A stretch of DNA of 64,000 nucleotides from Thermoplasmatota archaeon (GCA_036138175.1 JAZAAK010000010.1:1229-65228); one strand, 5' to 3'; counted from the first letter of the stretch, positions 44,061 through 53,330 are shown. Numbers and translations are program-made. The notes: generated by a model from the sequence alone, not told the origin.

Positions 44061-46441
44061 TTGGATTCAGGCTCTACCGCTCCATCATCAGAGCCTTCTG
44101 ATTCCGATTCTTCTACATCATCTTCTTCATAGTAATACCAATCAGGCAATGCATGACCTGGAATATCTAATTCTTGGATTGGAGTTAGGTCAGAAGTGCT
44201 GTGAATAGTTACTCCAAGAGCTGAGAACGCGTAGACATAATCACCCATGAAAATCGATCTGCGGATGTTGGTAGAGTAAGAGAACCACCAATGTACATCA
44301 GAATCATCGTTGTTGTAGAAGGGAGAGTGATCTACTTCTCCATGTTCTGAGAGACTCAAGTTCTCCGCATCTACTTTGACCAATTTCAACATAGAGACAT
44401 ACTCGTAGCCATATCCTCCGTCTACATCGTAGGTGTATCGGTAGGTGGAAAGAGGAACTGCAAGCAAGTTCTCAGGAGCCCAGTAGGTGAATGCCTTGTG
44501 CTCATACGTAGCCTCCGACCATGACCATGACCATCCACATGTTCGAACATCATCGCAGTTCTCGTCTGTGTAAGCCGGAGACAGAGGTAGCGAATCTGCT
44601 AGAGTTGGGTTAGTTGGGTCGCTGACGTCGAAAAGCGAAATCTGAGTCATAGACCAGTCCAATCCTAGTCCATCTTCACCTGGTCCAATACCAATTGTAA
44701 GCAGAGTGTTTTCATCCACAGGATGAATGTAAGTTGAGACTCCAGGAACTTCCAATTCTCCAAGAATTGTGGGATTGGTTGGGTCTGAAAGATCGATTAC
44801 CCATAGTGGGTCAATGGTCTCGAAGGTTACTAGATATCCTCTATCACCGATGAATCGAGCACTCCAAATTGTCTCACCTGGAGCGATGCCATCGACCTTA
44901 CCCACCTCATCGAGGCCGGCCTGTCCATCGTGCTGAAGAACGGTCACTCCATTGGTTGGACCATTGAAGACTAGTTCTCCGGTTTCAGGATCGACTTCGT
45001 CAGTTAGCCACCATCGACCCCAAATATCCGATGTAGTTGCAATTCTGATTGAGTCATCATATTCAGACATAGAGAATTGATCTTGGACGGTTCCATCTAC
45101 ACGGCCTGAGCCTAGATAGCTGGTTGTTGTCGAATCTGAGATATCGAAGGCGTGGATATTTGTCGCATCATCAAAATCAGTATTCTGCCAGAACCACCAC
45201 CAATCGTTAGCAGGTTCTGCGAGAATTAGCATATCTTGCGAGGCATATACGTGTACCCAAGACGAAGCTATGTGGTCAACTTCCATCTCAACATCCGAGT
45301 CCAATAATTGGAAAGTGATGATTGAAGTGAATCCCTTGGAGACACTGTCGGTACTGGCTGCGAATTCTGAACAATCCTCAGATGTTATTGGAAGGGAAGC
45401 AATGCCAGACTCTGTCATTTCGTACATCTGAGGAGCGAAGTCTGCTAGCGTTAGTCCATTGATTATATCCTGATTATGTTGGATTGTCTCTTGCAGGTGG
45501 AATTGCCATGCAGCGATTCTATCTTGTTCATTTTCAATTTCCCAATATTCGCTAGGTAGGTCTACCCAGTATCGTAGTCCATCGAAGTTAGCATAGTTGT
45601 GAGTGACCGAGCGGACTGTACCATCGACCATTCGTGCGGTGTGGTAGTAACCCTCTATGTACAACTCACGATCTACTTCAGGAGCGGTTCTGTCGGAAAT
45701 ATTGACAATTGTATACTTCACTAGGTTCTGAGTGCGATAGTATGTCCATGACTCCTTTCCTTCGCCCCATTGTACCTCCTCGATCAGAAGGTCTCGAAGA
45801 GGATGGTCTTCTGGAAGGTTCCAGGCATAAATCATCGAAGCGATGACGAGTTTATCGCCATCAATCATCATTTGCAGCGGGCTGCCCTCAATTTCCATCT
45901 CTGAGGAAAGACCGATTTGACCAAATTCTGGTACGTCCATAATTACTAGACTTTGGCCGTTCAGCATGTATATGTGGAATCCATCTGTCTTGAGGAAGTC
46001 AGCCTCATCAACACCAGCTTCCTGATTATTTGTTCCTGAGAATTCTCCTTCTCGAGATGTTGAGGCTGAATTTGAGCCTGAATTTGACCCACCATCGTCT
46101 GCGGCTGACTCTGCTACAGCAACGTCGTCACCAAACATAACTCCGCCTTCTCTCCACATCCAAGGGCCACCAATCCAGTGATAGTAAGATTCCTGATCTA
46201 ATCGAACCAACATCTCATCGAAAAGAGAATTCTTGAGGTCCAGCAATAAGGCATCACATTCGTCATATGTCTGCAAAGTTGGTTGGGTTCGAGTTCTATC
46301 TGAAAGATCTAATTGTGGATAATCTTCTACGATAATTTCGATTGTTCTATCCAGTTCATCTTCAATGTCTTCGACTGCACCGAGGCATCCAGATGTCAGC
46401 ATCATTGCGAGCACGAGTATGGCAGCGTTTCGTTGCATCAT
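44057..46441 (-). CDS. secreted beta-propeller domain lipoprotein (COG4880/Beta_propel-like)
   Basis: The track start at 46471 is TTG; ATGATG at 46441 gives 794 aa. Lipobox-like LTSGC after a hydrophobic h-region. FSGTNNQEAGVDEADFLKTDGFHIYML matches my memory of the Beta_propel family N-terminal signature. Acidic C-terminus. 4-nt convergent overlap with pyrC. Confidence 0.75.
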   Translation of the reverse strand: MMQRNAAILVLAMMLTSGCLGAVEDIEDELDRTIEIIVEDYPQLDLSDRTRTQPTLQTYDECDALLLDLKNSLFDEMLVRLDQESYYHWIGGPWMWREGGVMFGDDVAVAESAADDGGSNSGSNSASTSREGEFSGTNNQEAGVDEADFLKTDGFHIYMLNGQSLVIMDVPEFGQIGLSSEMEIEGSPLQMMIDGDKLVIASMIYAWNLPEDHPLRDLLIEEVQWGEGKESWTYYRTQNLVKYTIVNISDRTAPEVDRELYIEGYYHTARMVDGTVRSVTHNYANFDGLRYWVDLPSEYWEIENEQDRIAAWQFHLQETIQHNQDIINGLTLADFAPQMYEMTESGIASLPITSEDCSEFAASTDSVSKGFTSIITFQLLDSDVEMEVDHIASSWVHVYASQDMLILAEPANDWWWFWQNTDFDDATNIHAFDISDSTTTSYLGSGRVDGTVQDQFSMSEYDDSIRIATTSDIWGRWWLTDEVDPETGELVFNGPTNGVTVLQHDGQAGLDEVGKVDGIAPGETIWSARFIGDRGYLVTFETIDPLWVIDLSDPTNPTILGELEVPGVSTYIHPVDENTLLTIGIGPGEDGLGLDWSMTQISLFDVSDPTNPTLADSLPLSPAYTDENCDDVRTCGWSWSWSEATYEHKAFTYWAPENLLAVPLSTYRYTYDVDGGYGYEYVSMLKLVKVDAENLSLSEHGEVDHSPFYNNDDSDVHWWFSYSTNIRRSIFMGDYVYAFSALGVTIHSTSDLTPIQELDIPGHALPDWYYYEEDDVEESESEGSDDGAVEPESN

Positions 46442-46496
46442 GTAAAATCCGAATTGAGTTTTAGATATCAAGCGGTTGGTTCAATGATTTGACAAA

Positions 46497-46697
46497 TCAA
46501 TAATCAAAGGATGAACTAAACTTATTCGGAACACCTAGATTCAATTCATTTGATGGGGCGGGATCATCTGTATCATCCTCATCAATTTCCTGGGCTTTCA
46601 TCTCTTCAGCTACGCCCACCTCCAATACAGAGGCTAGGCCTCCTGCGCCGACCATGAAAATCAGCGCAGCAAAATGCATGTCCGCGTTATAGGTCAT
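46497..46697 (-). CDS. small hypothetical secreted/anchored acidic protein
   Basis: 66 aa from ATG at 46697. Hydrophobic N-terminus HFAALIFMVGAGGLASVL, then an acidic stretch. 55 nt upstream of the beta-propeller gene on the same strand. Confidence 0.35.
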   Translation of the reverse strand: MTYNADMHFAALIFMVGAGGLASVLEVGVAEEMKAQEIDEDDTDDPAPSNELNLGVPNKFSSSFDY

Positions 46698-46831
46698 CAA
46701 ACCGACTACAATGTGGTCTAAGACTTAAGCAACTTCCATTCCTGCATCAATGACAATTCACCCCTATTCGTAGGACTGCGGACCAGTGGGAAATTGGTTT
46801 CCGGAATGCGGAGTAGTAAGCCGAAATCGGG

Positions 46832-47680
46832 TTAACCGGTGGCCTCGGACCTAGCAAGTTCTCGACTGCTGGATAATGTCTCTAATCCGACTGAAGATAG
46901 ACGCCAATTTGGCCTTCGAGATTCGCTCGCTGGCTCGACTAACTCTGCATCCTTCAGCTCTCTTAGGTGATGGCTGAGAAGTTGACGAGAAATCTGCAAC
47001 TTAGTTTGAATATAACTTCCCTTCAAGCCAATTTGGCCAGAGTCTGACAAGACCTCAAGAATCGCTAGTCGTGTTCCACCAATTGGGTTACGAATCCGGC
47101 TCAACTCTTCTTTACTGAGACTGGAGATTGCGTAGCGTCGGAGTTTTCCATCCCTCCAAGTAATTAGTTCACCTTGCCCTTCTAGAGTGTGAAGATGGTA
47201 CGCTGTGACACCATTCGCTAGACCTAATGCATCTCGAAGAGCAGAGAAATGAATACCAGCATTCGCTTCCAAATAACCCAAGATTCTACCGCGTGTCAGC
47301 ATATCATCGCGATTTGCTTTCATCCTCGCAAGCAAAGGGGTTGCAAGAGCAATTAGAACAGTAACTCGCATGGCTTCGAAGAGAATCGAGCCGACTGCAA
47401 GAGAACCAAGAGCAGCTCCTCCTCCTGCAACCAGACCCGTTGGAAGGTTATCGGAAGAATCCGATTTAGCCTCCTCTTCACCACTCTTCCTGGTTTCCAT
47501 TGGCTGATCGGCACTAGAATCATCTTCTGTAGAGGCTGGAGCAGCCTCTATTTCTGCAAAAGAATCCATTCCATCCTCAATTAAATCCGCTTCCGGCGCC
47601 TCATTTAGCATCCAACCGCCGGCTACAATTGCAAGTACCGCAAGCAGTGTGTAAGCCCTAACTGCAGATACCCCGTACAT
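46832..47680 (-). CDS. membrane-tethered transcriptional regulator with two winged-helix (ArsR-like) domains
   Basis: 282 aa. N-terminal TM, about 55-aa acidic loop, second hydrophobic block. Then HFSALRDALGLANGVTAYHLHTLEGQGELITWRDGKLRRY and RLAILEVLSD...ISRQLLSHHLRELKDAELVEP. Confidence 0.7.
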   Translation of the reverse strand: MYGVSAVRAYTLLAVLAIVAGGWMLNEAPEADLIEDGMDSFAEIEAAPASTEDDSSADQPMETRKSGEEEAKSDSSDNLPTGLVAGGGAALGSLAVGSILFEAMRVTVLIALATPLLARMKANRDDMLTRGRILGYLEANAGIHFSALRDALGLANGVTAYHLHTLEGQGELITWRDGKLRRYAISSLSKEELSRIRNPIGGTRLAILEVLSDSGQIGLKGSYIQTKLQISRQLLSHHLRELKDAELVEPASESRRPNWRLSSVGLETLSSSRELARSEATG

Positions 47681-47781
47681 ACCTTTTCGTAGGCTGCGGA
47701 GAATAAGAGGCGCTTGGTTAGATGATTTGACATTCCGGAGCGGCTTTCAATAAGGGGGAGCGCTCTCAGGAGGTTGTCGAG

Positions 47782-48813
47782 ATGAGCGAAGCAGATGAGA
47801 CTCCACATGACGCTGATGAGCAGCGCGAGGAAGCAATGCTCACAGCCGCGCGTTCGGTTGTTCGAACTTGCATGCAGGTAAGACCGGTGGAATCTGTGTT
47901 AATCCTCACAGACCCAGGGTCATCAGAAATTGGAAAAGCACTCTACGAGGCAACCGCTAGGGTAACTGATAGAGTTCTGATGATTATGATGCCACCTAGT
48001 CATCGAGAGGGAAATGAACCTCCAAACCCAGTTGCTGACTTAATGCGGCGTCAAGATGTTGTCCTGATGGCTACCAAGCACTCACTTACCCATACGAGAG
48101 CAAGGGCAAATGCATCTAGAGAGAATGTCAGAATTGCTTCACTTCCGGGTATAGATGCAGAGACTTTTGCAAATGGTGGCATGATTGCTGATTACAATGC
48201 TTTACAGAAAGAAATTTCTGGTCTTAATTCGATACTTCGTAGAAGAAGAGAAGTTCATGTTACCAGTGAGGCTGGTACCGATCTAAAATTCATTACCGGA
48301 GGTCGATGGATTTTGGAAGATAATGGAATTTGTAACCGACCGGGAGCAATTACAAATTTACCTGCCGGAAAGGTGTTCGTTCTACCAAAGGAAGGTAGTG
48401 CAAATGGTAGAATCGTAATCGATGGTTCTTGGGAGGGTGAAAAATTGGAAAAACCAATTTCGGTTTTGGTTGAAGAAGGAATCATTACCCACGTTAGCGG
48501 TGATGAAAAAGCCGAAGCGATATGGGAACAAATGGAGGATATTCGCTCAAGTCTCAGACCCTCGAAAGCAGCGATGGTGGGTAACTTTGCAGAATTTGGT
48601 TTTGGAATGAATCCTAGGGCCAAAATCATCGGCAACCCTTTGGAAGATTTGGTTTCAAGAGGGGCGATATACTTCGGTTTTGGAAATAATATGGCGCTCG
48701 GCGGAACTGTCAATGTTCCTCTTCACATCCGAGGAGTTTGCAGAAAAGCCACTGTAGCGCTGGAAGATGTAGATCTTTTAGTCGAAGGCAAAGTGACCGC
48801 GAAGGTGAGATGA
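47782..48813 (+). CDS. M29-family (aminopeptidase T/PepS-like) aminopeptidase homologue
   Basis: 343 aa. Overall resemblance to COG2309-type proteins (ITNLPAGKVF, GRIVIDGS, FGFGMNP). SD-like AGGAGGT upstream. Assignment moderately confident. Confidence 0.6.
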   Translation: MSEADETPHDADEQREEAMLTAARSVVRTCMQVRPVESVLILTDPGSSEIGKALYEATARVTDRVLMIMMPPSHREGNEPPNPVADLMRRQDVVLMATKHSLTHTRARANASRENVRIASLPGIDAETFANGGMIADYNALQKEISGLNSILRRRREVHVTSEAGTDLKFITGGRWILEDNGICNRPGAITNLPAGKVFVLPKEGSANGRIVIDGSWEGEKLEKPISVLVEEGIITHVSGDEKAEAIWEQMEDIRSSLRPSKAAMVGNFAEFGFGMNPRAKIIGNPLEDLVSRGAIYFGFGNNMALGGTVNVPLHIRGVCRKATVALEDVDLLVEGKVTAKVR

Positions 48814-49418
48814 TGCGCGCGATTCTCTGGTGCAATGGAGACTCTCCAAATCCTGAGTTGGTCAGGAAATTACTCGATGATGCGACTTTGTTTGGGATTG
48901 ATGGCGGGGCTGACAAAGCGATTGCTGCAGGGTTTGAGGTCTCTGAGGTTCTAGGTGACTTAGATTCAATCGATATTGGTGATTGGAAAGGTCTGTCAAC
49001 CCTACTCTCAGATGATTCATCGAGCGACTTGGCAAAATCGTTTTTCCTAGTGTCAGAGAGGGGCTTCACCGAAGTAGACGTTGTCGGAATTGAGGGGGGT
49101 AGTTCCGACCATATCCTTGGAACTTGGGCGGCTCTAACAGAGGCCCCTTCGGGGCTTTCAGTGCAATTACATCATTCTAGTGGAATTACTAAACGACTGC
49201 ACCCTTCAGATGGTTCTCTTAATTTTGTTATACCAAAGGGTGACGAATTCTCAGTATTCGCCTTAGAAGACTGTCAACAGGTAACCATTTCCGGAGCCCG
49301 CTGGAATCTCAATTCAGAACCATTGAATTTCTCAACTAAGGGTCTGCATAACCAATCATTAGGAGATGAAATCAGCATCAAAACCGATGGCATTCTAGCA
49401 ATAATTTTCCAGTCTTGA
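48810..49418 (+). CDS. thiamine pyrophosphokinase
   Basis: ATG at 48810/48813 in an ATGA overlap with the upstream stop; the track start at 48738 is an extension. Aligns by eye to bacterial ThiN/TPK: FGIDGGADKAI, VLGDLDSI, VVGIEGGSSDHILG, and the C-terminal B1-binding-like half. Confidence 0.8.
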   Translation: MMRAILWCNGDSPNPELVRKLLDDATLFGIDGGADKAIAAGFEVSEVLGDLDSIDIGDWKGLSTLLSDDSSSDLAKSFFLVSERGFTEVDVVGIEGGSSDHILGTWAALTEAPSGLSVQLHHSSGITKRLHPSDGSLNFVIPKGDEFSVFALEDCQQVTISGARWNLNSEPLNFSTKGLHNQSLGDEISIKTDGILAIIFQS

Positions 49419-49424
49419 CTCAAA

Positions 49425-50483
49425 TCAAGAATCATCATTTGAGTTAGGGTTCAAGGAAAGTAACATTGCAATTGGGCGGGTTCTTGGATCACTTTCCAAT
49501 GCTAATTTCATAATCACAGCAAGAGGAACCCCGAGAATCATTCCCATTATTCCCCAGGCCCAACCCCAGAATGCAACTAGAATCAAGAGAACTATTGGCG
49601 ACATATCGAGTCGTTGACCAGCAAGCTGAGGCTCTACAAATTGACCCCATGCGACTTGGTTTCCGAATAGAGCTCCAAGGATTAGTAAGGCGGTTATAGG
49701 CTCAAAGAGAATAAACGAAATTATCGTTGGTGGAATGAAAGAAAGTGGTGCCCCTACGTATGGCACGAAGTCTAGAAGGAAGGTAATAGAAGCCCACATA
49801 AACCAACCTGGAATTCCCATATAACTGAGGATAATTGCTACAATTACCGCCTGACCAAAGGCCACAGATGCTTTGGTTATCACATAGGTATTTATTCCCG
49901 CCCCAGCGTTTTCCACAATCGAAGAAAATCTATCCATTTCATCAGGATATGCTGCTTGAAGCCTTTTTGGAAGCGTCTCGGCTTCTACAATGATGAAAAT
50001 TAGGAAAATAAAGACAGTAATTGTACTACCAGTGAATCCCGCCAATGTACCTACAAACCCGGTGGTAATTGTATTGATTCGTTCAACTGTAACTAATCCT
50101 GTGAGTGCACTTGTATCAATTGAATAACCATATATTGAAAGATCCGAAAACCATTCAATCTTCTCAGTCATTTTTTCCTCGAGTAAGACCGCCTCGGTGC
50201 TAAAATCTTGCAGGCTTTGATAGAGGATATTTCCAACGAAAAAGAACACCAGCACTACACTGGTTGTCAATATTCCGTAAGCCGCCAATGGGTGACCATA
50301 TCTTTCCTCTAACCATTGGGCGGGAGGACGAATTAGGAAAAACAATAGGACCGCTACTACCAACGGCTGAATGATAGGTTTCAGGTGAATAATCGCAAGA
50401 ATTGAGATTAACAAGAGTATAGCGATATGACTCAAAGTGCTGACTTCCACGCCACGGAATGACCTGATGTTTGGTGTACTCAT
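49425..50483 (-). CDS. AI-2E family transporter (PerM/UPF0118)
   Basis: 352 aa with about 8 TM helices. DFVPYVGAPLSFIP motif. Confidence 0.8.
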   Translation of the reverse strand: MSTPNIRSFRGVEVSTLSHIAILLLISILAIIHLKPIIQPLVVAVLLFFLIRPPAQWLEERYGHPLAAYGILTTSVVLVFFFVGNILYQSLQDFSTEAVLLEEKMTEKIEWFSDLSIYGYSIDTSALTGLVTVERINTITTGFVGTLAGFTGSTITVFIFLIFIIVEAETLPKRLQAAYPDEMDRFSSIVENAGAGINTYVITKASVAFGQAVIVAIILSYMGIPGWFMWASITFLLDFVPYVGAPLSFIPPTIISFILFEPITALLILGALFGNQVAWGQFVEPQLAGQRLDMSPIVLLILVAFWGWAWGIMGMILGVPLAVIMKLALESDPRTRPIAMLLSLNPNSNDDS

Positions 50484-50527
50484 ATAGGGCTGCGTAGGGT
50501 TAACCCCCCATCAACCTCACCCCAGAA

Positions 50528-51718
50528 TCAGTTTGCTAATTTTGAATAAATTTGGGAAAATCTCTCGGCATTTTGTCCAAAGGTGAAATTTTCGAGAACT
50601 CTTTCACGTCCTGCTTTACCACGAGATTCAAGATCTTCTGGGTCAGATAAAAGATTTAGAATAATACTCGACATTGATTGTATATCTGCCATGGTGAATA
50701 ACGCTCCAACTGAATCATCGACCATTTCTGGCAACGGTCCATGATTTACTGTTGCAACAGGTGTTCCAGAGGCCATTGCCTCGAGAGGAATCAAACCCTG
50801 ACCTTCGTAATAGGAAGGATATACGACAAGATCTGCATTACGAAATTCTTCTGCTAATTTGTCGAAAGGCATTCCTGAGTCAATTCGTACGGAAGAAGAA
50901 ACCCCTAGGCGTTTTGCTTGTTTAATCAGCCTCTTTTTGAGGTCACCTCGGCCTACGATTAGTAATTCTGTTTCTGGATTCTTTTGGTTTACTTCAGCAA
51001 AGGCTCGCAGTAGAGAACCGTATCCTTTGCGAGCTGCTAATCGGCCTACTGCAAGGATTTTATTGGTTTCTGGGTCCTTCGCTTCCCCGCTTGGGTGAAA
51101 CATCTCTGTATCTACTCCCCAATGAATCACCTGACAGTTCCAGTTCGCCGGAGGGGAATACCTCTCTAGGAAGTCTTCTTTAGTGGCATGAGAATTTGCC
51201 ACACAGACATCTGAACCATTAACTGCAGCGCGCTCAAATTTAGCGTAATGGCCAGCAGTTAGCAGAATTGCTAGGTCGTTTGGATTCGCCCATACAGCGG
51301 CTTCTTTCTGTTCGGCCGCGGTAAGCAAACCATCTCTTTCGCCAAGCCATGAACCATGAAGAGATGAGACGATTGGAGCAACATTTTCTTTGCAATCCTT
51401 GAATTGCGATTCTGTCCAAGAAATCATTGGACAGTGTAAATGAACCACGTCGACTGAATCTTCAGAGTGCAATTTCTTGAGATCTGCAAGTGCATGTTTA
51501 CCGTACGATTTAGTAAATGCCATTGGAGCATATAGCCATTTGACTTCCCGAATATTCACTCCTTTCTGTTCAAGGGCTTTTCCGCCACCGTCTCGTGTAA
51601 TCACCGTTATTCGATGTCCGAGCTCCACTAGTGCGGCTGAAAGATGGTAAACTGTTGAACCCATACCACCCCATCTAGGAGGGTATTCTGCCGACAGCAT
51701 AGCGATGTGCAGACCCAT
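50528..51718 (-). CDS. glycosyltransferase family 4
   Basis: The track start at 51727 is GTG; ATG at 51718 (MGLHIAMLSAEYPPRWGGMGS). C-terminal EX7E-type PSYYEGQGLIPLEAMASGTPV. Confidence 0.85.
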   Translation of the reverse strand: MGLHIAMLSAEYPPRWGGMGSTVYHLSAALVELGHRITVITRDGGGKALEQKGVNIREVKWLYAPMAFTKSYGKHALADLKKLHSEDSVDVVHLHCPMISWTESQFKDCKENVAPIVSSLHGSWLGERDGLLTAAEQKEAAVWANPNDLAILLTAGHYAKFERAAVNGSDVCVANSHATKEDFLERYSPPANWNCQVIHWGVDTEMFHPSGEAKDPETNKILAVGRLAARKGYGSLLRAFAEVNQKNPETELLIVGRGDLKKRLIKQAKRLGVSSSVRIDSGMPFDKLAEEFRNADLVVYPSYYEGQGLIPLEAMASGTPVATVNHGPLPEMVDDSVGALFTMADIQSMSSIILNLLSDPEDLESRGKAGRERVLENFTFGQNAERFSQIYSKLAN

Positions 51719-51874
51719 CTCAACCACCTATCGCTCAAGGGCTGCTCATTTCAAACGAATGGCCTTGCCGTCGCTAGAGATTCCGATAAATTACGCCTTT
51801 TTTTAGGTGATTTACGGTAGCCCTAACGCCAGTATGATTCATAGCGGTCGGTTAGGTCGCCAAATTCGATTTAG

Positions 51875-52606
51875 ATGTCTGAACCACTCCCCGTTCATGT
51901 TACTGTGGTAATCCCAACTCGTAACGAAGAAGCGGCCATCGTCGATACGATTCGCTCTGTTCCTAACGATGGTTGGTGTGAGAAGTTAGACTTCCTGATT
52001 GTCGATGGAAACTCCACTGACAAAACTAGAGAGTTGGCGGAAGAAGAAGGTGCTAGCGTCTATCTAGAACCCCGCAAGGGATACGGTCGCGCATATAAGA
52101 CCGGATTTGCAATGGCACCAGGTGATGTGATTGTGACTATGGATGCAGATTGTACCTACCCTGGAGAAGAAGTTCCTGATTTGGTTCGTAAACTAATGCA
52201 AGAGGATTTGCAATGGATTACTTGTGACAGACTTCGAAGAGCCGAAGAAGGTGCTATGCCTGGATTGCATGGGTTTGGAAATTGGGTATTATCCACTACT
52301 GCAAAGGTCCTATATTGGTATGGAGTCCACGATTCTCAGAGCGGAATGTGGGTATTCCGTAAGTCGATTTTCGAGGACGAAAGAGTTCGACCTCGCCACG
52401 ATGGAATGCCTCTTTCTCAAGAATTCAAGATTCGTGCTCGTCGTTACCTCGGCAAGAAGAATACCGCAGAAGTCAGTGTTCCTTACCGGCCAAGAGTTGG
52501 AGAGGCTGAGATCAATACTTGGGGAGATGGTTTGCTCAACCTTCGATTCCTCTTCACCCATCGCCTAGGTCTGACTCGGCAGGTAACTCCTTGGGGACCA
52601 GAGTAA
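51875..52606 (+). CDS. glycosyltransferase family 2 (dolichyl-phosphate sugar synthase-like)
   Basis: 243 aa. VVIPTRNEE, DGNSTD, MDADCTY (DxD). Confidence 0.85.
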   Translation: MSEPLPVHVTVVIPTRNEEAAIVDTIRSVPNDGWCEKLDFLIVDGNSTDKTRELAEEEGASVYLEPRKGYGRAYKTGFAMAPGDVIVTMDADCTYPGEEVPDLVRKLMQEDLQWITCDRLRRAEEGAMPGLHGFGNWVLSTTAKVLYWYGVHDSQSGMWVFRKSIFEDERVRPRHDGMPLSQEFKIRARRYLGKKNTAEVSVPYRPRVGEAEINTWGDGLLNLRFLFTHRLGLTRQVTPWGPE

Positions 52607-52706
52607 AATCGACTCAATGGGTAGGGAAGATGATGCCTCCGAGTACCACGGTTGCTTTGTGACGTATGCATAATCCTGGGTTCTACCTACAGACCCATGA
52701 TGATGG

Positions 52707-52723
52707 CCTCTGTCATACAGGGG
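52707..52723. terminator. stem-loop CCTCTGT-CAT-ACAGGGG in a 161-nt convergent spacer
   Basis: 7-bp stem with one G:U, 3-nt loop. A second imperfect hairpin GGGTTCT-N6-AGACCC lies at 52675..52693. Confidence 0.25.
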
Positions 52724-52767
52724 TCGCTCAGTAGGCCCTCTATGGTGCCAGTGGAATTCACGTTATC

Positions 52768-53274
52768 CTACGATTCGTGAATGTCCACATTGGTGAGTAG
52801 CTGTTGCAAAAGCCCTAGCTCGGCCAATTTTGTTATTATTCCCAGATAGTCTTCAGAGATGTAATGCAGATCATGATTCGTGACGAAATATCCAATTATC
52901 ATCGTTGAAACCACTAATCCTAGCCCAAGTTTTAGTTGTACTTCGAATCGTTTTAGGGTTGGGATAAGAGAGGCAATTAGTATCCCAATTACACCAATTC
53001 CCCCCACCATCAAAATGAGGTCATCGAGGCCTAGAAGAATATGGACCATTCCTGAAAATATTGCTAGGCAAAAGACGAGGGAGGAGCCTATTGAGGAGTT
53101 CTTTCTTAGCCATTCACTACCTGCCGACCATGCAAAAACCGATGAGATAATAGAAACGAAGAGTACCATCGGGTTGCTCATGGTGGCTTCATTGTCCCCA
53201 TGAGCTTGTACGACGGGCATAGCAAGAACTACAACAACCAGAGACCACCAATAGACGCGACCATTTGTAGTCAT
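52768..53274 (-). CDS. hypothetical polytopic membrane protein with signal peptide
   Basis: 168 aa. WSLVVVVLAMPVVQA then HGDNE (AxA-like cleavage site), followed by about 4 TM helices. No family recognised. Confidence 0.6.
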   Translation of the reverse strand: MTTNGRVYWWSLVVVVLAMPVVQAHGDNEATMSNPMVLFVSIISSVFAWSAGSEWLRKNSSIGSSLVFCLAIFSGMVHILLGLDDLILMVGGIGVIGILIASLIPTLKRFEVQLKLGLGLVVSTMIIGYFVTNHDLHYISEDYLGIITKLAELGLLQQLLTNVDIHES

Positions 53275-53294
53275 GAAACTATTACATAAGGTCG

Positions 53295-53330
53295 GATTTT
53301 CAAACCTATTGACAGGGCTCTCTGAAAATC
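53295..53330. promoter_or_regulatory. 8-bp inverted repeat GATTTTCA-N20-TGAAAATC between the beta-helix giant and the downstream membrane protein gene
   Basis: Read directly. 49 nt after the giant gene stop and 21 nt upstream of the ATG at 53274. Confidence 0.2.

Noticed and set aside
48255-48713. 152-aa antisense ORF inside the M29-like aminopeptidase gene.
   Set aside because: It is a shadow ORF. The sense-strand product has family-like motifs and an SD sequence, whereas the antisense product has none.
50498-50507. GGGTTAACCC / GGTTAAC palindromes in spacers (also 46827..46836 and 39345..39351) as a regulatory motif.
   Set aside because: GGTTAAC also occurs inside coding regions (e.g. about 888, 9037, 11083). 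The counts are too small to claim intergenic enrichment.
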